A stretch of 63,856 nt of DNA, filler included, from Octopus bimaculoides (GCF_001194135.2; 9 parts of 8 records of this genome joined end to end with filler, not necessarily neighbours in it); one strand, 5' to 3'; shown: positions 1 to 11,640, counted from the whole stretch's first letter. Made by a program: numbers and translations. The notes: generated from the sequence alone by a model not told the origin.

Positions 1-39
<39 letters not shown>

Positions 40-116
40 TCTTTATGAAGGTCTTTTACAACTTGGCACAAATAATTTAGTATATTCAATGACAGTTCTT
101 CATGCAATGATGTAGT

Positions 117-445
117 ATTCAGCATATTTCACTTTCGGTTTTTCATCCAATGACACAGTATTCAGCATATATTCTAGTGACAGCTTGTTCCTACTCCTAA
201 AACACAGCATTCAGCATATTTCACTTTCGGTTTTTCATCCAATGACACGGTATTCAGCATATGTTCTAGAGACAGCTTGTTCCTACTCCTAAAACACAGC
301 ATTCAGCATATTTCAATTATGGCTTTTCATCCAATGTCACACCATTCAGCATATTTCAATTATGGCTTTTCATCCAATGACGCAGTATTCAGCATATTTT
401 CTATTGACATCTTGGTCCTACTCCTAAGACAGAGTATTCAGCACG
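117..445. repeat. Two-unit higher-order minisatellite (43-bp A and 49-bp B units, order A-B-A-B-A-A-B)
   Basis: ATTCAGCA(TA) recurs at 117,160,209,252,301,344,387,436. A units carry TTTTCATCCAATG; B units carry GACAGCTTGTTCCTACTCCTAA. Confidence 0.9.
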
Positions 446-525
446 TAGCCCAATAACAAACATTTATTTTATTTTAGTGACACAGTCTCTTAAGTATATT
501 CTACTGACATGCATATGTATATATT

Positions 526-559
<34 letters not shown>

Positions 560-867
560 TAGAATTTAATTTTCTAAATACCATTACTGTATCACCACCA
601 ACCTACCTACCTACCTACCTACGCAAATATTCTCTCACCATGGGGTTGTTTTGGGGAGAGAGAAGGAGGATGAAAGAAATGGTTGTGATGAAGAGGTGTA
701 GTTTTAATTTTATTTTTTTCATATTTCTTGTATTTTGTTGTGTTGTTGTTGTTGATGTTTTTTTATGTTGTTGTTGTCTTTGTTGCTATGTTCTACTTCA
801 TCAACTTCATCATAAAAGACATTGCCTCAAGCAGTAATTTCCTCTTCTTCTTCTGCTGCTGCTGCTG

Positions 868-926
<59 letters not shown>

Positions 927-1235
927 GCCACCTCCACCAACATCACCACCACCACCACAGTCACTACTGCTGTTATATTTACAATCTGGAATAGGGTTCG
1001 TTCCATCTACAAAAGAATAAGGAACGCAACCAAAATATTTGTGGATAATTGCTCATTCCGACTTTCCCTCTCTTGGTTCAAATTCCCTTCCCACCTCCAT
1101 TTCTCCNNNNNNNNNNNNNNNNNNNNNNNNNNNNNNNNNNNNNNNNNNNNNNNNNNNNNNNNNNNNNNNNNNNNNNNNNNNNNNNNNNNNNNNNNNNNNN
1201 NNNNNNNNNNNNNNNNNNNNNNNNNNNNNNNNNNN

Positions 1236-1275
<40 letters not shown>

Positions 1276-1338
1276 GTATGTATCTACATGTAAGCATATA
1301 TAAGTATTTATCTGTATGTATATATAAGTATGTATGCT

Positions 1339-1379
<41 letters not shown>

Positions 1380-1554
1380 ATGTATGAATTTCTGATTACT
1401 ACCCTTTTCGAATATGTTGATAATTTTTTAATAATAATAATATGAAGAAGAATCCTAACAGAAATAGTCCTTTTTTTTATAGGCACAAAGCCTGAAATTT
1501 GGGGTTTAGGGGATAGTCGATAACATTGACACTGGTACTTGACTGGCACTTATT

Positions 1555-2100
1555 TTATGAGTTGTGGCTATGTGGTAAGGCATTTGTTTCCAAACTACAT
1601 GGTTCAAGGTTCAGTCCCACTACGTGGCACCTTGGGCAAGTGTTTTCTACTATGTTCTCGGTCCCATATTTCTGGCAGCTCTTGCCAGTGCCATCAGATG
1701 GGAAGCAATGCTATCGTTCAAGGCATGAAATTGTGTTGGGCTCTTTGGCCGGTAACTGATGAGGAATTGGGGACATTTTGTGTCTGTTTGTGCATTTACT
1801 ATATGTTTTTTAACTTATATATGTATGTGTGTGTGTGTTTGTATCTGTGCATGTGTATCTTCTTGTTTTGACCCCAAGCAGCAATTGTAAATGAGCATCT
1901 CTGCCATACACATGTTATCATTCTCTTCCAATCTTTCATGCAAACATTTCTATTCATTTGGGAGATATTGCCTTCCTTGGAAACAGATGGAGGGTTGGTG
2001 ACAGGAAGAGCATCTAACTTAAGTAAATTTGCTTCAGCAAATTCCATCCAGGTGCTCCATGCAAGTATGGAAAAGTGTGCATTGAAACAAAGATGATGAA
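1555..2100 (+). mobile_element. tRNA-head CORE-like SINE with an alternative GGAAGRGCATC/(ATG)n tail, degenerate
   Basis: Head GTGGCTATGTGGTAAG..GGTTCAGTCCCACT..GGCACCTTGGGCAAGTG, internal TG/TA tract, 3' GGTTGGTGACAGGAAGAGCATC...GATGATGA. Confidence 0.6.
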
Positions 2101-2439
2101 TGCTGGAAAGATAAAAAGAATAAGTCGACCTCGGTGGCAGACATAGAGTGAGGCATTTTGTCCTCAAACATTTTAACGGTTCTGTCATTTCTTCACCCTC
2201 AATAACAATGGGTGTAAGACCATGGTTGGCAAGATGCTTGTTTGAGTGTTACTGGTTAAACAAGCTTAACTATGGAAGAAAATGAAAGACATAATAAAAA
2301 TCATTAACATAACGAAACAAGTCAGCTATGGAATGATATCAAAGACGTAATTGAACACTTTAACATAATGAAATAACACTTGTGAAGATCATCAATAAAT
2401 TTATGCATCAAAATAGAACTCTTCTCCCTCTAATAATCA

Positions 2440-2790
2440 TCATCATTGTCGTTTAACCTCCGCTTTCCATGCTAGCATGGGTTGGACGATTTGACTGAGA
2501 ACTGGTGAAACCAGATGGCTACACCAGGCTCCAATCTGATTTGGCAGAGTTTCTACAGCTGGATGCCCTTCCTAACGCCAACCACTCTAAGAGTGCAGTG
2601 GGTGCTTTTTACGTGCCACCGACACGAAGGCCAGTCAGACGGTACTGGCATCGGCCACGCTCAAAATGGTGTATTTTATGTGCCACCCGCACAAGAGCCA
2701 GTCCAGAGGCACTGGCAACGATCTCGCTCGAAAGTCCTTACACATGCCGCGGGCACAAGTACCAGAAAGGCGACGCTGGGCACAGGTGCC
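2440..2790 (-). mobile_element. Interspersed repeat with (ATG)n tail and internal ~60-bp tandem subrepeats (SINE-like family 1)
   Basis: CATCAT..GTTTAAC..CCATGCTAGCATGGGTTGGACG..GGATGCCCTTCCTAACGCCAACCACTC, shared with copies at 8372, 11640 (opposite strand) and 14215. Confidence 0.8.
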
Positions 2791-3601
2791 ATCATAGTTT
2801 CGCTTTAATAATAATAATAATAATAATAATAATGATAATCCATTATTATTGCTACTAGGGTTCTTTCATGCATACAATAACACACACTATACAGAAAGAT
2901 ATCATAAAATATGGGGGAATAAACACAAATACCTCTGTGAAAATATTAGTGAGGTAGTGAGGGTCAGAGATATTACACAAGATATTCAGACACGTTAGCA
3001 ATTCTAAAGTCACAGTAATGATGAAGATGATGATGACGATGATGATGATAATAATAATAATAATAATAATAATGGAGTGAAAAGTAGCCTTTAACTTACT
3101 AGTTGTGCTAGCTTGCATTGTATTAAGCATTACAGGAAGAAGAAAAAAAGTTATTATTGATAACAGCAATTAGAATGAAAGGATTAGTTTGTATAATGAT
3201 AGAAGGATGATGAGGAAGATGATAATAAAGATACCATTATATTGATGATGATGATGATGTTGATTTTTATTGCAATGGTGGTGATGGTGATGATGATGAT
3301 GATGATGATGAAGGTGGTGATAGATATAGTTATGATCAAGGAAAGATATCATTATGATGACAATAATAATAACTGCGTACTAATTATTGTCCTTACAAAT
3401 TATCACGATTTATTTATTACATAATGTTGATGGCAAAAAATGATAACGGTTCTGATAATTGCATTGATAAAATAATGCCTGCGACAATGATGATGATAAA
3501 GATAACGGTAACAGTTAAGAATAATGATTAGGATGATAAAGGCAATGCGGGTGATGATGACGATGGAGATGGTAGTGTTAGTAATGTTGACAATACTAAT
3601 T

Positions 3602-3624
<23 letters not shown>

Positions 3625-3632
<8 letters not shown>

Positions 3633-4426
3633 TCTTATCTACTCTAGGGGCTAGGACTGAAATTTTATTGACCCCCATTGCTGAACCTCATAAGGAAAGG
3701 CAAAGTCAACCACGGTAGAATATGAAGACAGTTGCTGCTAAGCATTTTGTCCGGCAAGACTCGTCACAAAACATTTTATCCTTCAGCTCATCCCCTTAAT
3801 TGTAGGGGTTTTGAAATTTTAGCACATGGCCAGCAATTCCGAGGAAGTGGGGAGTTAAGTCAATTAAATCAACGGCAGTGTGCATCTGGTCCTTATTTCA
3901 TTGACCATGAAAGGGAGGAAAGGCAGTCAATCTCAGTGGAATTTGAACTCAGAATGTAGACAGACGGAATGTCACGCTAATGATTGTCAGCTCACTGCCT
4001 TAATAATGATAATAATAATGCTCTGATACAGTACCAGGCTGTGGCTCTCGTGGCTTTTATCGACCCTGAGAGAATAAAAGGTAAAGTCAACCTCAGCAGA
4101 ATTTGAGCTCAAAATGTAAAGATCGACAAAATACCATTAAGCATTTTGTCCAGTGTGCTAATGATTCTGCCATCTTTGCCATCTTCGATAAGAGTAATGA
4201 TAATAATAATAATTCTATCTACTGGAGGTTCAAGGGCCCCACTTTTGTTGGGTGGGGGATAGTTGATTATTTCAACTCCAATGTTTCACTGGTACTTAAT
4301 TTATTGACCCCGAAAGAATGAAAGGCAAAGTCAACCTCAGTAGAATTTGAACCCTGAACGTAGAGACAGGCGAAATACCGCTAAGCATTTCATCCAGCAT
4401 GCTAACAATTCTGCCAGCCCGCCATC

Positions 4427-4430
<4 letters not shown>
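3625..4430 (-). mobile_element. Cluster of about four same-orientation tRNA-derived SINE copies (Meta/MESC-like core) separated by (TAA)n
   Basis: Repeated GAAAGGCAAAGTCAACC..GAATTTGAAC motif at ~3695, 3915, 4078 and 4320. The reverse complement reads GTTCAAATTC (B box)..GGTTGACTTTGCCTTTCAT. The domain name is from recollection of published SINE domains. Confidence 0.75.
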
Positions 4431-4458
<28 letters not shown>

Positions 4459-5004
4459 TAATAATTAATAATAAATAATAATAATAATTAATAATAAATA
4501 ATAATAATAATAATAATAATTATAATAATTAATAATAAATAATAAATAATAATAATAATTATAATAAATAATAAATAATAATAATAATAATAATAATGAT
4601 GATGAAGATGTTGATAAATAGCAATAATGATGATCAAGATGGCAGTGTTTAATCAAAGTGAATATTAAAGTTCTTGTGTAATTTTCAAATTTGTATAACT
4701 TGAGTTTTATTTTTGGTAGAATGAATTAATGAAAAAGGATTAATGAAAAGAATTTATTATTTTGAAATAGATTTAGACTGCACGTTAATTTTATTTAAAT
4801 TTGATTATCATTATTATGTACCAAGAAATTATAAAGCAATTCTGAAGTTATAGAAATAAAGTTTTGCAGATGATTTTTTTTAGATCTATCTTTAAGTCTA
4901 ATTAATTATCTTAATTCTAATATTCATCTATAGAACAAGGCTTGATTGAATAAACAATAGCCTTTTATATCAACGAAAGGTAATGAAATAATTATTAATA
5001 GTAT

Positions 5005-5230
5005 TAAGGAGATGAGCTGGTAGAATCATTAACATGCCAGACAAGATGCAGCTAAGCATTTTTGTCAATCTTCATGTTCTGAGTTCAAATCCCACCAAGG
5101 TCCCAGGGTCAACTTTATCTTCCATCCTTTAAGGATTAATTGAATATGTACCAGTTCAGTATTGGGGGTCAATGTAATCAAAATTCCCTTTCTCCTGAAA
5201 TTGCAGGCCTTGTGCTTAAATTTGAAACCA
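5005..5230 (+). mobile_element. tRNA-derived SINE (same family as 3625-4430)
   Basis: GAGCTGGTAGAATCATTAAC..GTTCTGAGTTCAAATCCC..GGTCAACTTT..CCTTGTGC..TTTGAAACC. Confidence 0.75.
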
Positions 5231-5354
5231 GTAATATATTTTTATTCTATTAATTTTTTAATTAGGAAATACAATTTTTTGTTTTGTTTTAATTAACTGA
5301 TATGAAATAGATGTATTGCATTTCTGAATGTTTTTAACTGATCCTAACGACCCC

Positions 5355-5392
<38 letters not shown>

Positions 5393-6134
5393 NNNNNNNN
5401 NNNNNNNNNNNNNNNNNNNNNNNNNNNNNNNNNNNNNNNNNNNNNNNNNNNNNNNNNNNNNNNNNNNNNNNNNNNNNNNNNNNNNNNNNNNNNNNNNNNN
5501 NNNNNNNNNNNNNNNNNNNNNNNNNNNNNNNNNNNNNNNNNNNNNNNNNNNNNNNNNNNNNNNNNNNNNNNNNNNNNNNNNNNNNNNNNNNNNNNNNNNN
5601 NNNNNNNNNNNNNNNNNNNNNNNNNNNNNNNNNNNNNNNNNNNNNNNNNNNNNNNNNNNNNNNNNNNNNNNNNNNNNNNNNNNNNNNNNNNNNNNNNNNN
5701 NNNNNNNNNNNNNNNNNNNNNNNNNNNNNNNNNNNNNNNNNNNNNNNNNNNNNNNNNNNNNNNNNNNNNNNNNNNNNNNNNNNNNNNNNNNNNNNNNNNN
5801 NNNNNNNNNNNNNNNNNNNNNNNNNNNNNNNNNNNNNNNNNNNNNNNNNNNNNNNNNNNNNNNNNNNNNNNNNNNNNNNNNNNNNNNNNNNNNNNNNNNN
5901 NNNNNNNNNNNNNNNNNNNNNNNNNNNNNNNNNNNNNNNNNNNNNNNNNNNNNNNNNNNNNNNNNNNNNNNNNNNNNNNNNNNNNNNNNNNNNNNNNNNN
6001 NNNNNNNNNNNNNNNNNNNNNNNNNNNNNNNNNNNNNNNNNNNNNNNNNNNNNNNNNNNNNNNNNNNNNNNNNNNNNNNNNNNNNNNNNNNNNNNNNNNN
6101 NNNNNNNNNNNNNNNNNNNNNNNNNNNNNNNNNN

Positions 6135-6181
<47 letters not shown>

Positions 6182-7049
6182 ACACACTCGTATATGTATC
6201 AGTGTATATAAGCACAAACGCACCCATACATAATCTCTTGCTTCCTATCCATTTATCAATGTCATAAGTCATGCTGCAAAGTGAAAGTAGAAAAGTTCCA
6301 CAGTTAGTATTCGAAATCCCTCACAATCCCCTAATGGAGTCAGTTTGTTGTGGAAGATTCTTTTATATTTCACAGCAAAGCACTTACCTTGACACACTTC
6401 ATCATAACATAAAAATAAGCTATTTTCTTATTTGGAAAAACCAAAAAACCCAAAACACAAAAAATTAGGTTAAGCTCTCTCTTTTGTTGTTTGACTCCAA
6501 GCTGGTTCCAATGCTACCAAACAACGATCAGAAGCAAACGACATTCTTGTATTGGTTTTTCTTTTCTTTTGGGGTTGCATTCTTTTGGGCTTGCATTTTG
6601 TTTTTGTTGTTGGAATAGTGTGTTTCTGGGACTAGATGATACAACATACCTGGCTTTCATGTTTTACTCTGATTTCTGAGGCTTGTCGAGTGTTTCTCAA
6701 GGGAGGTAAATAGCTAGTATCTCTCAAACAGATTTAAATGATCACATATAGATTTCTTGGAATGTTTGTACTGAGGCATTAATGTATACAAATACTCAAA
6801 GCTACACATTATTTAGAATGGTGCTCTGTTACTATGGAGTTTCCTCACCATGTTGCTGATTCATAAGAGCAATAGCCTCTCTCTCTCTCTCCCCCTCTCT
6901 CTCCACCATCATCATTTAGGTCTACTTTCCATGCTGGGATGGGTTACACTATTTGAATGGAACTGGTAAGCGAGAGAGCTGCATCAAGGTCCAATCTGGT
7001 TTCTGCAGTTGGGTGCCCTTCCTAACCCTATATATATATATATATATCA

Positions 7050-7370
7050 GGAGTGGCTGTGTGGTAGGGATCTTGCTTCCCAACCACATGGTTCTGGGTT
7101 CAGTTCAACCGTGTGGCACCTTGGGCAAGTGTCTTCTATAGCCTCGGGCCAACCAAAGCCTTGTGAGTGAATTTGATAGACGGAAACTGAAATAAGCCCA
7201 TCATATATATATATACATACATATATGTGTGTGTGTGTCTGTGTTTGTTCTCCCTAGGTGTGTCTACGTTCCCGTAACTTAGCGGTCTGACAAAAAGGCG
7301 GCGATAGAATAAGTACTAGGCTTACAAAGAATAAGTCCTGGGGCCGATTTGCTCAACTAAACGTGGTGCC
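7050..7370 (+). mobile_element. CORE-like tRNA SINE
   Basis: GGAGTGGCTGTGTGGTA (A box), GGTTCAGTTC (B box), GGCACCTTGGGCAAGTGTCTT (resembles MIR CORE GTGACCTTGGGCAAGT), internal TA/TG tract, tail GATAGAATAAGTACTAGG. Confidence 0.8.
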
Positions 7371-7372
7371 TT

Positions 7373-7414
<42 letters not shown>

Positions 7415-7417
7415 TAT

Positions 7418-7517
7418 NNNNNNNNNNNNNNNNNNNNNNNNNNNNNNNNNNNNNNNNNNNNTTAATTAATTAANNNNNNNNNNNNNNNNNNNNNNNNNNN
7501 NNNNNNNNNNNNNNNNN
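7418..7517. other. Artificial scaffold linker 44N-TTAATTAATTAA-44N (also 19082-19181, 20834-20933, 25496-25595, 53316-53415, 55712-55811, 56862-56961, 59204-59303)
   Basis: Identical 100-bp structure eight times; the 12-mer gives stops in all six frames. Confidence 0.97.
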
Positions 7518-7806
7518 CCATATGAAAAGGGTGGAAAATTCTCTAACGGTTTTTTTCAAATGAATCAAGTCATAACCTTATCCATCTATTGTTTTCATAA
7601 TCGGTCATAATGTCTTACGTTTAAGATGATTCCCATGCTTTCCCTGATGAGAAGGTTACAATTTTAATATCAAAGATCCCTATGGATCACACAGGTTGTA
7701 ATCCTTTGAAACATATGTAGGAATAAAGTATGCAATTATAACATGCGTTTTCTCCAATCCTTAAATTCTTATATATATATATATGGAAAGCAGACGTTAA
7801 ATGACA

Positions 7807-7840
<34 letters not shown>

Positions 7841-8109
7841 ATGTGTGTGTACATGCATACACTTAGTGCAAGGGACATATTTATGTCAGCCTACACATTC
7901 CACTTGCATTCATTTGTTCTCTTATCATTGTCATACCACTTTGCTGTGTTTATGAGAGCAAGAAGTAATAGCCAAATCAATGCCAACCACACCCTATCGC
8001 ATTTAGAAAATAAAACAGGATAGGAAGGACATATTGGGTAATATGTGTCATTGAAAGTAGAAATGCCAAGAAAGAGCTGGGATTGTCACAGATAAAACAT
8101 CAATTCTTT

Positions 8110-9048
8110 TGTTACAACGTTTATGTTAAAACACCTTTGATGCAATTAATCTTGGAAATAATAAGGAATTTAATAAAATAATGTTGTTGTTATTAAACTG
8201 GTGTTTGGAACACAAATTAACATGAAAATTTGATTGAAGGTTTTAATTTAGATCACTTTAACCCTTTTGTTACCATATTTGTTGAAATACACTGCATTTG
8301 TTTCAATAAATTTTGAAAATAACTAAGAGTTTAGTAAAATAACTCATTATTAAACTGGTTTTTGGAAACATCCTCATCGTTTAACATCCGCTTTCTATGC
8401 TGGCATGGGTTGGACGATTTGACTGAGGACTGGTGAACCAGATGGCTACACCAGGCTCCAATCTGATTTAGCAGAGTTTCTACAGCTGGATGCCCTTCCT
8501 AACGCCAACCACTCCGAAAGTGTAGTGGGTGCATTTTACGTGCCACCGGCACAAGGGCCAGTCAGGCGGCACTGGCAACAGCCACACTCAAATGGTGTTT
8601 TTTACGTGCCACCTGCACAGGAGTCAGTCCAGCAGCACTGGCAATGACCTCACTCAAATGTTTTTTCAAGTGCCAGTAAGGCGACACTGGTAACGATCAC
8701 GCTCAAATGGTGCTATTTACGTGTCACCGGCGCGGAAGCCAGACAGCTGCTCTGGCAATGATCATGCCCGGATGAAACATAGATTAAAATGAAATTTTAG
8801 TGGAAGGTTTCAATTTAGATCACTTTTATCTTCTGTTATCATATTTCTGTTGAAATTCATTGTCTTTGTGTCAATTAATTTTGAAAATAATGAAGAATTT
8901 AGTAAAATAACAGGCATCATTAAGATGGTGTTTTGCTCAAAAACATGAAATTTCGATGGAAGTTTTTAATTTAGATCACTTTTAAACAGGAAGTTTTGTG
9001 TCATAGAACCAGAGGTGGCTTCAGACATGTTGGCATGAAAAGGGTTAA
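8110..9048. mobile_element. AT-rich element of ~160-bp tandem units, possibly piggyBac-type non-autonomous, interrupted by a SINE
   Basis: Unit motif GGTTTTAATTTAGATCACTTT near 8240, 8808 and 8963; TTAA|CCCTTTT at 8258-8268 and AAAAGGG|TTAA at 9038-9048. Confidence 0.55.
8372..8773 (-). mobile_element. SINE-like family 1 copy with 7-bp target-site duplication GAAACAT
   Basis: GAAACAT at 8365-8371 and 8774-8780; four ~60-bp subrepeats starting TTTACGTGCCACC. Confidence 0.85.
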
Positions 9049-9070
9049 TCATAGATCTGCTTATCTGGGA

Positions 9071-9468
9071 TTGGTTGGTTGGTTTGGCTGGCACTCCATC
9101 GGTTACGATGACAAGGGTTCCAGTTGATTCGGTCAATGGAATAGCTTGCTCGTGAAATTAACGTGCAAGTGGCTGAGCACTCCACAGACACGTGTACCCT
9201 TAACGTAGTTCTCGGGGATATTCAGCGTGACACAGTGTGACAAGGCTGACCCTTTGAATTACAGGCACAACAGAAACAGAAAGTAAGAGTGAGGCGAAGT
9301 TGTGGTGAAAGAGTACAGCAGGGTTCGCCCCCACCCCCTTGCCGGAACCTCGTGGAGCTTTAGGTGTTTACGCTCAATAAACACTCACAATGCCCGGTCT
9401 GGGAATCAAAACCGCGATCCTATGACTGCGAGTCCGCTGCCCTAACCACTGGGCCATTGCGCCTCCAC
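9071..9468 (-). mobile_element. Full-length tRNA-derived SINE (family 3)
   Basis: Reverse complement begins GTGGAGGCGCAATGGCCCAGTGGTTAGGGCAGCGGACTCGCAGTCATAGGATCGCGGTTTTGATTCCCAGACC (tRNA head). Near-identical copies at 13557-13937 and 37214-37515. Confidence 0.88.
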
Positions 9469-9879
9469 ACTATCTGGGATTATCTTGGGGCCAAACAACA
9501 ACAAAAACAACAACAGCAACACCTCTTCTTATGTCATTTAAAGGAGAATGACTCCCACATGAAAGATTATGCTTTACTTTAAACTTTTATTACTTTTGTG
9601 TGTGTGTATTCATGTGAAACTCATATAAAAATTCTGGAATGTTTATAGGGTGGGAAGGCCTTGAATACGAGAACAGCAACAACAACAACCACTTCTACTA
9701 TTAAAAAAAAACTTGAACAACAACTACAACAATAATAGCTGCAGCAGTAGCAACAACAGTAATGACAATTCTTTTATCATTGTTGAACATATTTGGTGAG
9801 AAGTAATGGCCTAGTTCTGTCAGTAAAGACACAGTTCATATATTTACCTATATTTACCTGTTCATTATTCAGAAAAGTT

Positions 9880-10200
9880 GCGAGCTGACAGAATCGTTAG
9901 TACACCAAGCGAAATGCCTAGCAGCAGCTTTATGTTCTGAATCCAAATTCCTCCCAGGTCAGCTTTTCCATTCCTCCTTTTGAAGTCCATAGAATAAGGT
10001 CCAGTTGAACACTGAGATCAATGTTATTGACTTGACCCCTCTCCCTGAAATTGCTGGCTTTGTGCCAAAATTTGAAACCATGATGATAATAATAATAATG
10101 ATAAATGCCCTGATGCAGTACCAGGCAGTGGCTCTCATGGCTTCTGATCTTAACTGATTAGAAGTGTTATCATGTACATTGTTCTGTCTTACTATAAAGG
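9880..10200 (+). mobile_element. Meta-like SINE followed by (TAA)-flanked AAATGCCCTGATGCAGTACC repeat
   Basis: GAGCTGACAGAATCGTTAG head, TTTGAAACC end, then the repeat also seen at ~4020, 39680 and 40303. Confidence 0.7.
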
Positions 10201-11236
10201 ATGGGCTACAGCAAATATATATACACACACACATACACACACACACATATATACACACACACATACACAGATATATATATATATATACATATACATATAT
10301 GTATACATGACAGGCTTCCAAACACTTTCCATCCACTAAAACCACTCACAGGGATTTGGCCAGCCTGGGGCCACAGTAGAGGGTATGTATGTATGTAAGT
10401 ACGATCCAGTGATCCAAGTGTAGGAAGTAAGTTAGCTTTGAGCATGTATACAACAAGTGTGATAAAATGAGTTTATTAACATAAGTTATACATTTTGTCC
10501 CATATCGAAACAAACAGAAATTTCAAAACTTCGTGATTTAGCAACTAAAGTTACTGGAAAAGCAAAATGCATACAGACCCGTGCACACACTCATTCATGC
10601 GCGCAAAAAATACTATGAAACACCTCTCTTTCTCGCCTCTGCTCAAGGAATTTTAGCAATGTCACTCTTCTTACCATAACAGACTCAACAGAAAATGGTA
10701 ACACACCACCAAACACATATACGCATTATCAAAGCCTCCTTCAATATCACTCCTCAATACAATACCGACATTGACAATAACCGCCACAATAGTCTTCTTC
10801 TTCTTCTTCTTCTTCTTCTTCTTCTTCTTCTTCTTTATAGACAGTAACATTATGATATTATTGCTGTGTTTTGCCTAATCTCTAAGTATTTATGTAATCA
10901 ACTAAAGAAACTAAATCTAATGATTTCTGTTCAATAAAACAGTTTATCATAAATACATATATTAAAGTTCACTATACTNNNNNNNNNNNNNNNNNNNNNN
11001 NNNNNNNNNNNNNNNNNNNNNNNNNNNNNNNNNNNNNNNNNNNNNNNNNNNNNNNNNNNNNNNNNNNNNNNNNNNNNNNNNNNNNNNNNNNNNNNNNNNN
11101 NNNNNNNNNNNNNNNNNNNNNNNNNNNNNNNNNNNNNNNNNNNNNNTATATATATAGATATAGATACAAATAGATATAGATACAGATAGATATAGATATG
11201 GCTATACATGTGTGTGAGTGTGTGTGTGTGTGTGTA

Positions 11237-11640
11237 TTGGGGTCATCCCATAAATAATGCAGCCTTTTTATACTTCTTTTATTTTTCAAAATTAAGGTAA
11301 ACAAAGTTCTTTTTTAATCTAAAATATACTTTCTTCCATTTTCTACGATGCTCTTCCATCTCTTTGGTAGACTTGCAAGGCCCCTCTTCCAAAATTCACT
11401 TGTCTGTGATGAAAAATACTCCTTCAGTACTGTTCTGACCTCATCTACAGAATTCATATTTTTTCCATCCAAATGATTTTGAAGACTGGTTGAATGACCA
11501 AATCCAAGCTTCTTTGCTAGTTCTTCAACAGTTACGGTGGGATTTTGTTCCAAGTTTTGCAGGATGTCCTCGTTGAGCTCTACAGCTCTTCCAGGATGAG
11601 GTTCGTCTTCTAGGTTGTAGTTTCTGGTAAAAATCATCCG
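11237..11640 (-). mobile_element. Internally deleted mariner (Tc1/mariner) transposon remnant
   Basis: Translation NLEDEPHPGRAVELNEDIL..QNPTVTVEELAKKLG (HTH) is fused to SLQNHLDGK..FWKRGLASLPKRWKSIVENGRKYILD* (mariner C-terminus). TA|TTGGGGTCATCCCATAAATAATGC terminus at 11235. Confidence 0.88.

Noticed and set aside
117-445. CRISPR-like repeat/spacer appearance
   Set aside because: The spacers are recurring variants of only two sequences, the repeat is 10 bp, there are no cas genes and the context is eukaryotic.
640-1549. Poly-T/Y/C/H ORFs
   Set aside because: They are translations of trinucleotide microsatellites or run through N-gaps; no splice or domain evidence.
5328-6272. Long ORFs (200-400 aa) in the track, here and at 12.4, 27.3, 28.6, 30.5, 32.2, 36.3, 44.3, 49.6 and 60.8 kb
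   Set aside because: They are composed almost entirely of X from assembly gaps plus IYIY/VCVC repeats.
7462-7473. Recurrent TTAATTAATTAA motif
   Set aside because: It is always centred in exactly 100 bp of N, so it is an assembly linker, not biology.
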